In this document: positions 12,413 to 24,045 of the stretch, piece by piece
How positions within the stretch are numbered: position 1 is the first letter of the stretch
How the letters are laid out: each line of letters starts with the position of its first letter
Assembly: GCF_001194135.2 (NCBI RefSeq)
Contig: NC_068983.1
Span: forward strand, 73,580,349-73,614,718
Reading direction: 5' to 3'
DNA length: 34,370 bases
From: Octopus bimaculoides
Lineage: Eukaryota
The notes under the pieces: model-generated
Told to the model about the DNA's origin: nothing
What the model saw: the letters and a program-made list of their open reading frames with translations, nothing else
The model's database searches: none
Translations under genes and position numbers: made by a program

Positions 12413-12495
12413 ATGAGGGACTCTAAGATCAAACTACCATAATAAACACGGTAAAAGTGAGTTTATTATGGTGGTTTGACCTTAGAGTCCCTCAT
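12413..12495. mobile_element. About 83-bp palindromic MITE with mariner-type termini
   Basis: 35-bp arms 12413-12447 and 12461-12495 match at 33/35. The end TA|TGAGGG resembles the TA|CGAGGG terminus of the mariner at 20653-21926. The right TSD runs into the gap. Confidence 0.65.
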
Positions 12496-13323
12496 NNNNN
12501 NNNNNNNNNNNNNNNNNNNNNNNNNNNNNNNNNNNNNNNNNNNNNNNNNNNNNNNNNNNNNNNNNNNNNNNNNNNNNNNNNNNNNNNNNNNNNNNNNNNN
12601 NNNNNNNNNNNNNNNNNNNNNNNNNNNNNNNNNNNNNNNNNNNNNNNNNNNNNNNNNNNNNNNNNNNNNNNNNNNNNNNNNNNNNNNNNNNNNNNNNNNN
12701 NNNNNNNNNNNNNNNNNNNNNNNNNNNNNNNNNNNNNNNNNNNNNNNNNNNNNNNNNNNNNNNNNNNNNNNNNNNNNNNNNNNNNNNNNNNNNNNNNNNN
12801 NNNNNNNNNNNNNNNNNNNNNNNNNNNNNNNNNNNNNNNNNNNNNNNNNNNNNNNNNNNNNNNNNNNNNNNNNNNNNNNNNNNNNNNNNNNNNNNNNNNN
12901 NNNNNNNNNNNNNNNNNNNNNNNNNNNNNNNNNNNNNNNNNNNNNNNNNNNNNNNNNNNNNNNNNNNNNNNNNNNNNNNNNNNNNNNNNNNNNNNNNNNN
13001 NNNNNNNNNNNNNNNNNNNNNNNNNNNNNNNNNNNNNNNNNNNNNNNNNNNNNNNNNNNNNNNNNNNNNNNNNNNNNNNNNNNNNNNNNNNNNNNNNNNN
13101 NNNNNNNNNNNNNNNNNNNNNNNNNNNNNNNNNNNNNNNNNNNNNNNNNNNNNNNNNNNNNNNNNNNNNNNNNNNNNNNNNNNNNNNNNNNNNNNNNNNN
13201 NNNNNNNNNNNNNNNNNNNNNNNNNNNNNNNNNNNNNNNNNNNNNNNNNNNNNNNNNNNNNNNNNNNNNNNNNNNNNNNNNNNNNNNNNNNNNNNNNNNN
13301 NNNNNNNNNNNNNNNNNNNNNNN

Positions 13324-13380
<57 letters not shown>

Positions 13381-13383
<3 letters not shown>

Positions 13384-13460
13384 AGCAGAAATACCCGGCG
13401 TTGCCCAGGTTAAAGAAAATAATGAAATTTTAAAACGCCGTCTAGAGTACGCAGGTCTCA
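13381..13460 (+). mobile_element. Possible Helitron-like 5' end
   Basis: actagcagaaatacccggcgttgcccaggt resembles the ACTAG...ACCCGGCGTTGCCCGG termini I recall for invertebrate non-autonomous Helitrons; no 3' end identified. Confidence 0.4.
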
Positions 13461-13784
13461 ACTGTTAGCAGCTGAAATACCAAGTTTCTACATTAACAAC
13501 TCTCCAACCCATGCCAGCATGGAAATGTGAAAAGAAAGTTTTCAACTTATATATGTATATAACGTAATTGAAAAACACCTTTTGTCTAACTTATTCGTAA
13601 CCAAAAAGCAGGTACAGATTATAAACTATGAAAGGCCGTGCGTAGAGTACACACACACACACACACACACAAACACAGCGAATATATCACGTTATTGTTT
13701 CACTTTTATACACACAGATATACATTCACGCATGTCACTCGAAAAGTGAAAGCGTAATTGTAGACTCTTCCCGAAAACTATTTA

Positions 13785-13900
13785 CAGGGTACGCGTGTCT
13801 GTGCAGTGCTCAGCCATTTGCATGCTAATTACACGAACAGGCTGCTCCGTTGATCGAACCAACAGGCACCCTCGTCGGCGTAACCGATGGAATGCCAGTT
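13785..13900 (+). mobile_element. 3' fragment of family A SINE (decayed)
   Basis: gggtacgcgtgtctgtgcagtgctcagccatttgca...gctgctccgttgatcg aligns with the family A 3' end. Confidence 0.8.
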
Positions 13901-14205
13901 TTTTTCCCTCACTTTATGTTAATGTTCTAAAACTCTTTATTAGCTTATGTGAAAATGTAATGTGAACCTTTGCTTTGACCAAGTTAAAAAAGCTCTTCCT
14001 GTCTTGGCTTCCTCTTTAATAAGCTGTATCATAAGTCATCTTCTAATTACAATCGGGTTCTTAGGATGGTATATGCATTTGTTAATGTTGAAAACCCCTG
14101 ATATTCACAGATATGTTGTAACAAAGGGAGAAAGTGTGTTCATTACTTCAGTTTCAACAAATGTTTTTGCCTCCCTGACTTTCAGCCAGAATACACTGAT
14201 ATATT

Positions 14206-14458
14206 CTTTTATTTGTTTCAGTCATTTGACTGCGGCCACGCTAGAGCACCGCCTTTAGTCGAACAAATCAACCCCAGGACTTATTCTTTGTAAGCCTAGT
14301 ACTTATTCTATCTGTCCTTTTTGCCGAACCGTCAAGTTATGAGGACGTAGACACGCCAACATCGGTTGTCAAGCGATGCTGGGGGACAAACACAGACACA
14401 TAAACATAAATACACATACACACACACACACAAATATATATATATATATATATATATA
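14206..14458 (-). mobile_element. 3' module of family C composite SINE plus microsatellite; the rest is probably in the gap
   Basis: ttgtttcagtcatttgactgcggcc...ggggacaaacacagacac aligns to 24355-24550. Confidence 0.9.
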
Positions 14459-15366
14459 NNNNNNNNNNNNNNNNNNNNNNNNNNNNNNNNNNNNNNNNNN
14501 NNNNNNNNNNNNNNNNNNNNNNNNNNNNNNNNNNNNNNNNNNNNNNNNNNNNNNNNNNNNNNNNNNNNNNNNNNNNNNNNNNNNNNNNNNNNNNNNNNNN
14601 NNNNNNNNNNNNNNNNNNNNNNNNNNNNNNNNNNNNNNNNNNNNNNNNNNNNNNNNNNNNNNNNNNNNNNNNNNNNNNNNNNNNNNNNNNNNNNNNNNNN
14701 NNNNNNNNNNNNNNNNNNNNNNNNNNNNNNNNNNNNNNNNNNNNNNNNNNNNNNNNNNNNNNNNNNNNNNNNNNNNNNNNNNNNNNNNNNNNNNNNNNNN
14801 NNNNNNNNNNNNNNNNNNNNNNNNNNNNNNNNNNNNNNNNNNNNNNNNNNNNNNNNNNNNNNNNNNNNNNNNNNNNNNNNNNNNNNNNNNNNNNNNNNNN
14901 NNNNNNNNNNNNNNNNNNNNNNNNNNNNNNNNNNNNNNNNNNNNNNNNNNNNNNNNNNNNNNNNNNNNNNNNNNNNNNNNNNNNNNNNNNNNNNNNNNNN
15001 NNNNNNNNNNNNNNNNNNNNNNNNNNNNNNNNNNNNNNNNNNNNNNNNNNNNNNNNNNNNNNNNNNNNNNNNNNNNNNNNNNNNNNNNNNNNNNNNNNNN
15101 NNNNNNNNNNNNNNNNNNNNNNNNNNNNNNNNNNNNNNNNNNNNNNNNNNNNNNNNNNNNNNNNNNNNNNNNNNNNNNNNNNNNNNNNNNNNNNNNNNNN
15201 NNNNNNNNNNNNNNNNNNNNNNNNNNNNNNNNNNNNNNNNNNNNNNNNNNNNNNNNNNNNNNNNNNNNNNNNNNNNNNNNNNNNNNNNNNNNNNNNNNNN
15301 NNNNNNNNNNNNNNNNNNNNNNNNNNNNNNNNNNNNNNNNNNNNNNNNNNNNNNNNNNNNNNNNNN

Positions 15367-15410
<44 letters not shown>

Positions 15411-15735
15411 AAACTCGAAATTTAACTTAACGAAAGCATCTACTTAGAATCTGAAAATCTTGAAGATAGAGGACATATTTTTGCAGATTGAAAGAAAAAT
15501 TCTACTTCACTTTGTAGAAACATGATTTGCTGCAGAACTTTAACGCAGAAAAAAGCTTTGAGAAATATAATAAATGTTCATATTCAGATCAAATTCAAGA
15601 ATAAAATTCGCTGAAGTATTCCTTAAAGAGGAAGTTTATATTTAGATTACTGCCAGTCATTATTAGATCTGATCTTTTTAATTACTTATAGTTTGAAACA
15701 ACATTTCCTGGCTTCGAAAAGTAAAAAAATAAACA

Positions 15736-16155
15736 GGTAATTGTTCAGTTTAGTGATATTACAAAAGTAAATAAAAATTGAGGGTAAGATAACTTGTAAA
15801 GAAACCTCCATAAGTCAACATATTGTTAAACAACAAATATTGTAGTGAGGTAACATGGCGAATTACAATTTTCGCACGTATATAAATTCATAATTAGTCG
15901 ACGCCGTGCCAACTACTGAAGAATCTTGTCTCGTGATTCGGCTAATTGGGTGATGTTCCAAGATTGATTCATGGTTGAGGATTTCAATCTCAGGAACAAT
16001 GAATTGCGGTCCCGCTGGTCTTCCACGTATCATTCTGATCAATTCCAAAGTAAATAATATCCAGTATTTATGTTGACTTATGTATGTCCCTTTACTAGTT
16101 ATCTCCCCCTTAATTTTTATTTACTTTTTTGATATTACTAAACTGAACAATTACC
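15736..16155. mobile_element. 420-bp Merlin-like non-autonomous DNA transposon (MITE)
   Basis: 87-bp TIRs at 15736-15822 and 16069-16155 (76/87, ungapped), GGTAA...TTACC termini, exact 8-bp TSD aataaaca (15728-15735 and 16156-16163). GG termini with an 8-9 bp TSD are characteristic of Merlin. Confidence 0.8.
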
Positions 16156-17119
16156 AATAAACAACCTTAAACTGAAAAAAGAAACTATAATATAAATTTC
16201 TCTACTTTTTCACAAAATTTTATCAGAGCTCCAAGCATACGTTAATACACAAATTTCATTTTAACCCCTCTTTATTAAAACGAAAAAGAATCTACTTTTC
16301 CAAAACTATGATTTCAAGTTGTTTAACTAAAAGAAACGGTTTGCTAGATAAAATGCCCTTTTACGCTTTCCAAGTTTTTTTTTTTTACATAAACCAAAAC
16401 TTGAGCAACTTTATTCACTACAATGGACTGACCTAGTTGAATACTAAATAGTTCATTTGCTTTTATAGTGGAAATGAAGTGTTCTCTAAGATTTCTCAAA
16501 ATATCCCCAATACAACTACGGATATTATTATTTTGTAACATCGTCTCCACATGTAATAAGGACATGGCTGCTAGTTTCACAATGTCCTCTTCAATTGTAT
16601 TGGTCTCTTCGATTTTGCTATCCGCCAAAAACCTAACTTGACGACGATATAGTTATTTGCACAAAAGAAAAAAAAAATCCCGACAAAATCAAAAGAAAAA
16701 AAGTACTATTGTCTGAATCACGCAATCATTCTTGTTTTCATTGTTGTTCAATTGCATTTTTTTTTCTTTCAGATATAGACGTTTCTTTCTTTCCAAAATC
16801 TTTGTAGTCTATCACCAGATGCCTTTTAAGTTTATCGTGTTTCAGCTATTTATTATTTAACGTTCCACAATACATCATATTACACTGTAGTTTGGTCATT
16901 CCATGCATAGTAACATATATAAACTGCAATTGTAAAAATTTGTCTTTATGTTTATGTTTTGATGTTGTGGATTAACCAGTTAACAGCTATAATAGCTTAC
17001 TTAGATCAAGACATCAGAACAAGACCGGCCTCGATAGTTCTTTCGTCACGAATTCTGTTTAAGCATTGAGATAAGTAATGAAATCGCAATAGGGTTACCT
17101 AATACTTTAAAAAAATAGA

Positions 17120-17208
17120 TGTGTGTGTGTGTGTGTGTGTGTGTACGTCCACATGTACGTGTGTATATATATATATATATATATGTATATAATACATATA
17201 TGTATTTA

Positions 17209-17251
<43 letters not shown>

Positions 17252-17258
17252 TATATAT
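17120..17258. repeat. Compound (GT)/(TA)/(CA) microsatellite
   Basis: Seen directly. Confidence 0.95.
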
Positions 17259-17594
17259 AGGTGTAGGAGTGGCTGTGTGGTAAGTAGCTTNNNNNNNNNN
17301 NNNNNNNNNNNNNNNNNNNNNNNNNNNNNNNNNNNNNNNNNNNNNNNNNNNNNNNNNNNNNNNNNNNNNNNNNNNNNNNNNNNNNNNNNNNNNNNNNNNN
17401 NNNNNNNNNNNNNNNNNNNNNNNNNNNNNNNNNNNNNNNNNNNNNNNNNNNNNNNNNNNNNNNNNNNNNNNNNNNNNNNNNNNNNNNNNNNNNNNNNNNN
17501 NNNNNNNNNNNNNNNNNNNNNNNNNNNNNNNNNNNNNNNNNNNNNNNNNNNNNNNNNNNNNNNNNNNNNNNNNNNNNNNNNNNNNNNNTATATA

Positions 17595-17625
<31 letters not shown>

Positions 17626-17842
17626 GGGTGTATATGTTTGTGTGTCTGTGTTTGTCCCCCCCTTACATCGCTTGACAGTCGTTGTTGGTGTTTTTACGTC
17701 CCCGTAACTTAACGTTTCGGCTAAAGAGACAGATAGAATAAGTACTAGGCTTACAAAGAATAAGTACTGGGGTCGATTAGCTCGACTAAAAGGCGGTGCT
17801 CCAGCATGGCTACAGTCAAATGACTGAAACAAGTAAAAAGGT
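17259..17842 (+). mobile_element. Family C composite SINE (head - gap - microsatellite - 3' module)
   Basis: Head ggtgtaggagtggctgtgtggtaagtagctt before the gap; 3' module gtttgtgtgtctgtg...cagtcaaatgactgaaacaagtaaaa after it. Confidence 0.9.
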
Positions 17843-17864
17843 AATATACATACAATATGTATTC

Positions 17865-18180
17865 TTTTATTTGTCCCAGTAATTTGACTGTAGCCATGCT
17901 GGGGTACTATAGTGAAAAACTTGAGTCAAATGAATCGACCCCGATACGTTTTTATATATTTTTAAAGCCTGATACTTATTCAATCGGTCTCTTTGTCGAA
18001 CCGCTAGGTTACGGTACATAAACTCACCAATACCAGTTCTTAAGCGGTGTTGGGGACAAACAGAAAGACACAGAACTATATATATACATACATATTTACA
18101 TACAAACATACATACATGCATACATACATACATACATACATACATACATACACGCACATACCTGTACGTATATATGCATA
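17865..18180 (-). mobile_element. Older family C 3' module plus (ATAC)n, inverted relative to the preceding copy
   Basis: atttgactgtagccatgctgg...aatcgacccc...gaaccgctaggttacgg...ggggacaaacag. Confidence 0.8.
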
Positions 18181-19243
18181 TACTCATTTACTATTTGTTT
18201 TTACATGACTGAACGCAGCGTCTCCAATTCGTAAGTAGTTTTCGTAAACTTATATTTTCCGACGCTACTCTATCTCTTTCTCTTCCTCTATCATTTTCCC
18301 CCCTCTCGTTCTTCCTCTTTACTACTACGTATCTCGCTTTACCCCTCTCGTTCTTCCTCTGTTACTTATNNNNNNNNNNNNNNNNNNNNNNNNNNNNNNN
18401 NNNNNNNNNNNNNNNNNNNNNNNNNNNNNNNNNNNNNNNNNNNNNNNNNNNNNNNNNNNNNNNNNNNNNNNNNNNNNNNNNNNNNNNNNNNNNNNNNNNN
18501 NNNNNNNNNNNNNNNNNNNNNNNNNNNNNNNNNNNNNNNNNNNNNNNNNNNNNNNNNNNNNNNNNNNNNNNNNNNNNNNNNNNNNNNNNNNNNNNNNNNN
18601 NNNNNNNNNNNNNNNNNNNNNNNNNNNNNNNNNNNNNNNNNNNNNNNNNNNNNNNNNNNNNNNNNNNNNNNNNNNNNNNNNNNNNNNNNNNNNNNNNNNN
18701 NNNNNNNNNNNNNNNNNNNNNNNNNNNNNNNNNNNNNNNNNNNNNNNNNNNNNNNNNNNNNNNNNNNNNNNNNNNNNNNNNNNNNNNNNNNNNNNNNNNN
18801 NNNNNNNNNNNNNNNNNNNNNNNNNNNNNNNNNNNNNNNNNNNNNNNNNNNNNNNNNNNNNNNNNNNNNNNNNNNNNNNNNNNNNNNNNNNNNNNNNNNN
18901 NNNNNNNNNNNNNNNNNNNNNNNNNNNNNNNNNNNNNNNNNNNNNNNNNNNNNNNNNNNNNNNNNNNNNNNNNNNNNNNNNNNNNNNNNNNNNNNNNNNN
19001 NNNNNNNNNNNNNNNNNNNNNNNNNNNNNNNNNNNNNNNNNNNNNNNNNNNNNNNNNNNNNNNNNNNNNNNNNNNNNNNNNNNNNNNNNNNNNNNNNNNN
19101 NNNNNNNNNNNNNNNNNNNNNNNNNNNNNNNNNNNNNNNNNNNNNNNNNNNNNNNNNNNNNNNNNNNNNNNNNNNNNNNNNNNNNNNNNNNNNNNNNNNN
19201 NNNNNNNNNNNNNNNNNNNNNNNNNNNNNNNNNNNNNNNNNNN

Positions 19244-20185
19244 TTAAATATTAATATCGACTCCTTCGAAATAGTCACCTTGCGCAGCAATACATTGATC
19301 CCAGCATTCCTGCCACTTTTGGAATCCGGCCTGGAAGTTATTATCCGTAAGCGAGTCGAGGACCTTCTGCGATTCGCTCTTAGTCTCGGCAACGGTGTTA
19401 AAGCAGTGATCTTTGGGCTGCATTTCCATCTTGGGGAAAAGATGGAAGTCTGCAAGTGCTAGATCTGGCGAATAAGGTGGGTGCAGAAGCGATACCGTGT
19501 TGCTTTTTTTTTATGAGAAACTTACGAGTGAGGAGAGCACGGTGACAGGGTGCATTGTCGTCTTGAAGAATCCAGTTCTTCACGCTCCACAGACCCTTCG
19601 TTTTCGCCGAATGTCCTCCCTCAAACGCTTCAAAACGGCGCAGTAGAATTATCGATTTACGGTCTGGCCCCGGGGGACGAATTCTCTATGCACAATACGA
19701 TGTCGAAAAAAATGATGAGCATGCTCTTGAATGAAAATCAGCTCTGTCGTGCCATCTTCGGTCGTGGAGATGAAGGGCTCTTCCATTGTGACGACTGCTG
19801 CTTTGTCTCAAGGTCTTACGCGTAGACCCAAATCTAATCACCGGTGATGATCCTTGACATGAAGGACGGGTCACCAGTGATATGCTGACGGAGACCTTGA
19901 CATACTTCGATGCGATGCTCTTTCTGTTCATTGGTCAACAGGCGGGGGATAAACTTGACAGAGACACGCCGTATGTTCAATTCAGATGTTAGGATTTCCT
20001 GCACGGGCCCATACAACATACCAACAATATCAGCAATGTCGTTGATTGTCCTCTGACGATTCTCATGCACAAGCTGATGAATTTTTCTCCACATTTCCGG
20101 GGGTGATGCTCCTGTCAGGTATTATAGATTACTCATCGACTTCCAGGTGCTCATCGTCTTCCAGGTGCTCATCGTCTTCCAGGTG
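19244..20185 (-). mobile_element. Mariner transposase fossil, 5' truncated, 3' end in the gap
   Basis: Minus-strand motifs RRVSVKFIPRLLT...SRIITGD, WVYA*DLETKQQSSQWKSPSSPRPK, WILQDDNAPCH, PPYSPDLALADFHLFP and WQECWDQCIAAQGDYFEG; multiple frameshifts. Confidence 0.95.
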
Positions 20186-20652
20186 AACCTGGAACCATGT
20201 GGTTGGGAAGCAAACTTCTTACCACACAGCTACCCCGGCACCAGGCTGTATACTGCTTCCAAAAATTGCCTGTAACCAATGGCGCCCACGTAGAAGTGTT
20301 CTGATGTTTCTAATAAAAGCTATATTTGTTTGCCTATATTTTCCAATAAACTCTGTTGAGTTATCCTTATTTTTCATTTTTTGTTTCTGAATTTTTCAAA
20401 TTGTAAAGATAATCTATGTGTAGCTTGTATGTTAACACAAATTTAGCTGTTGCTTTTCTAGCGGTTGCCAGCTCTGATCATATTTATAGAATATGGTAAT
20501 TTTGTCTTAAAGTTTTTCTCTGTAAAATATGCTAATTTTTCACACCTTAATAAGTACGATATTGTTCATTTACTTAGTAATTCTCTAGTTACTACATCTG
20601 CAATTACAGCGAAGACTATGTTTCACATAGGAGGTCATTTTTGGCTGAAGTA

Positions 20653-21926
20653 CGATGGGGTGTTCATTAAAGATTTCTCCTAACCCACTTCCGGTTATTG
20701 CGGGAAACGCAACTTGTACAGTTATAATTATACATGTCTCTACATGTCACATTGTAAATTGCAGCTTCCCACTAGTATTCGATTGTCTTTTACGGCTGCT
20801 GAAGTAGACTAAGGTCTTACAATGGAGGCAGTTGGATGCAGATCAGTGATCAAGTTCTTTTACTTGAAAAGTCGTATACCAAAAGAGACTTTCAATGAAA
20901 TGAAAGAAGTTTATGGTGATGATCTACCATCATACGAGGTAGTCAAGCGCTGGTATCGCCAATTCAAATGTGGTCGGATATCAGTGAAAACTGCTCCTAA
21001 TCCAGGACGACCATATTCCACCAGTGATGACGACACCATCCATAAAGTGGGATCCACCTTTTTGAAGGATCATCGCATAACTATTCGGCAACTAGCCCAA
21101 GAAATGAAGATAAATGTAGGGTCCGTGGAAAAAATCATTCACGACCATTTGCACATGCGGAAGTTGTCCGCACGATGAATTCCCCGGATGCTCACAGAAG
21201 CAGGAACAAATTAATTGCTCCCAGGCTCTTTTGGCAATGTGCCGGAAAACGGGGAGGACTTTTTCGGCAGACTTATCACACAGGATGAAACATGGGTCCA
21301 TCACTATGATCCTGAGACTAAAGTCCAGTCGAAGTAATGGGAGCATGATAACTCACTATCTCCAAAGAAGGCTTGAGTCCAATCCTCAGCAGGCAAGGTG
21401 ATGCTCACAGTCTTTTGAGACCAGCGCAGAGTTGTAATGATGGATTTTATGGCAAAGGGCACCACAATTAACAGGGCATATTATGCTTCTCTGTTGCGGA
21501 AATTGCGGGACGCCATCAAGGCATACTGATCAAAGGAGTCCGCCTCCCCCAAGACAACGCCCCAGTTCACAATGCGCATGTTGTCCGGATGAAAGCACAC
21601 TCCTGCGACTATGAAATCCTTCCCCAACCACCTTACTCTCCCAACCCCACACCATCTGACTTCCACCTCTTTCCAAACATGAAGTCTTTTTTGAAGAGGA
21701 AGCACTTTTCGGATGGTGATGAACTTATTTCCGAGGTAAAGTCTTGGCTCCAGACGCAACCTACCGACTTCTACAGATTAGGTCTTTACAGCTGCATAAA
21801 GTAATGGGAGAAGTGTGTCACCATTGGTGGTGGCTATGTGGAGAAGAACTAATAATTATGCCAAGTTCCGTTTATCCCAGTCCTTGGGAAGTGGGTTAGG
21901 GGAAATCTTTAATGAACACCCCCTCG
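20653..21926 (+). mobile_element. Full-length (1274 bp) mariner, irritans/Himar1-like DD34D, transposase inactivated
   Basis: 40-bp TIRs at 20653-20692 and 21887-21926 (38/40), TA on both sides (20651-20652, 21927-21928). Transposase 20822-21852 has RLITQDETWVHHYDPETK and QDNAPVH-(34 aa)-PSDFHLF, with several in-frame stops and frameshifts. Confidence 0.97.
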
Positions 21927-22388
21927 TATATCTAAAGTTGTCTCCTGTACATACAGAAATTACACTGCATGACTAAATGAAGACTGTTACTTTAACAAGA
22001 GATGATTAGGGTGATTCTAACTAATTTTAGGGTGACTCTGTCTGAATATGAAGTCAGGTTTACTCCATCACATGTAGATTTTGGTAAGCAAGATACCTCC
22101 TATAGACCAAAATTAAAGAAATGTAATGTAGCGTGATGTACGTCAATTGTTCCTTTTGTCGTTCAAGAATGCCTTTGATTGTTCTTTTTGTGACAACCTT
22201 TAATGAGAAAGCTGTAAAAGTTGATATGACACTTATTAGATCATGTCTATTTTCAGAACACTTTGATTTAAATGTGTGATTCGGATGTCATTGTGACTTG
22301 TATCAAATTAGTAATTGCTCAGTTCACTGCTGTTTTTTAAAAATATATATATATATATATTTCTCCACTTCAATTTACTTCAATTTAC

Positions 22389-24045
22389 ATGGCTTAAAGA
22401 CGTGTATGTCGCAATGACCGAGATCACTTTTACTATATCTGTTGGAGATTACGCATTCAAGGATTGTAGGAGAAATATCACGCCACTCATACAAACAAGA
22501 TACAAGGATTACTTCAAAATGAGACTTGGAGAGTAAAATAAATGTTTTGCTCCACACATTGTATAGAGAGGTTGCTGAGATCGGTCTTCCATGATGTGGC
22601 CCAGTGGCAAGCTGTAGGAAATGCTATTTGCCACTCTAATGATATGGCAAAAACAAAGTAACCGTTCTACTGATTATTTTTACATTACTAATGTAGAGGG
22701 GTTCAATAAGAAAACTGCAAAGTATATCAAGTATTCTAGTTTCCCATCTGCCGTAAGACCACAGCCATATGAAGATGAAATTTCTCATATGCCAAGCAAT
22801 CAATCATTGAGTGAGTCAGATGTTGATTCCAATGCCTCCACCACCACCACCACCACCACCACCACCACCACCAAAAATAAATTAGATGTGAAGATCAGAC
22901 GAATGACAATGATTTTAAAATTCCTCATTCATAGCATAAAATAAGTAAAGAACAACTTGATCATTTTGTTCGAACGTTGGGACTTTCCAAGAATGGTGAT
23001 TACCTGGTTAGAACAATGCTCAGAGAATTTGGTGTCTTAGCCGAAAAAACCCAGCCTAAAAGTGTACAGGCATTGAGGGAAGAAATTCGTTGAATTTTTC
23101 GGCACACGATGAACTGGGTTTGGTTTATTGCAAGAACATTACTGGTTTGATGGTGACACTAGGAATTTCCTCTGATGTCAATACAGATTTGTGGTTATTC
23201 ATTGATAGAAGTGTTTCCAGTTTAAAGACAGTCCTTTTGCAGTTTGGGAACAAGTACTCAGGGATTCCAGTGGGTGATTCAATGAAGGCAAACGAGTCAT
23301 AAGACACTATCGATACGTTACTTTATTTGATCAGGTACGACGGTTTCAAGTGGAAAGCTGGAGGTGACTTGAAGATCGTAGGTTTTACTGTGTCAGTGGA
23401 ACAGCTGGGCTCGATATGAGCACTTCAAAGGGGCAGGATTGACCAGCACATTATGAATGGAGACTAGGGACTAAAAGCGTTCAATACGTACCTCTAGTTT
23501 CACCTGAGCTAATTGTGTTTCCACTACTACATATTAAACTTGAAATGTTAAAAACTTTTGTGATGTCAGTGTACCCTGAGGAGCAACCAATCAAGTTGTT
23601 GAAAGATATTTTTCCTCGATTAAGCGAAGCAAAGATTAAAAAAGACATGTTCATTGGACCAGATGCTCGCAAGTTTATGAAGAATCAGATGTTCAGAGAT
23701 GCTTTGAATGAAGTTGAACATTGAGCTTGTGATACTGTGTTAAAGACAGTTGAAAGTTTTCTAAAGAAGAACTGGAGCCTGAATTACAAGACAATCATAT
23801 CTGACTTTTTGGATTTGTTCGATGCATAGGATGTCAAAATGTTCTTGAAGATTCACTTTTTAAAGACTATCTCGGATTTCTTACCTTTGGAGTAAGATCA
23901 GTGATGAGCAAAATCAGTGATGAGCAAAATCAGTGATGAGCATGGTGAAAGATTTCATCAAGTGGTCACTACTATTGAAACAAAGTACCAAGAGTGAACC
24001 GAGCCCTGCATGATGACAGACTTTTGCTGGTTTCACTCTTCTTGA
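22389..24045 (+). pseudogene. Chapaev3-like transposase pseudogene
   Basis: CRNDRDHFYYIC/GDY (N-terminal Cys motif), APHIV, LWLFIDRSVSSLKTVLL, WKAGGDLKIV, FPLLHIKL, LKIHFL, SDEHGERFHQ, MMTDFCW; many stops, an (ACC)n insertion and a 16-bp triplication. Confidence 0.88.

Larger units (their letters stand above)
13955..16960 (-). pseudogene. Fragmented hAT (Buster/Charlie, ZBED5/8-like) transposase fossil, interrupted by a MITE, a SINE and a gap
   Basis: Hand translation of the minus strand gives these motifs in order: BED finger LQCNMMYCGTLNNK*LKHDKLKRHL (about 16890-16810); RIAKSKRP/TIEEDIVKLAA (about 16630-16570); FSIQLGQSIVVNKVAQVLVYV (ORF 16344..16628; decayed FxIQLDESTDV...AQLLVYV); EGLK*NLCINVC (about 16270-16235); SEYEHLLY and KVLQQIMFLQSEVEFF...FSDSK* (about 15590-15435); FWLKV...LSPFVTTYL/GFSTL...RTRL*LEDDL (about 14190-14030, dimerisation domain). 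Many stops and frameshifts. Confidence 0.85.

Noticed and set aside
7802-19455. Long ORFs of 130-376 aa containing X runs
   Set aside because: Open only because N bases cannot form stop codons.
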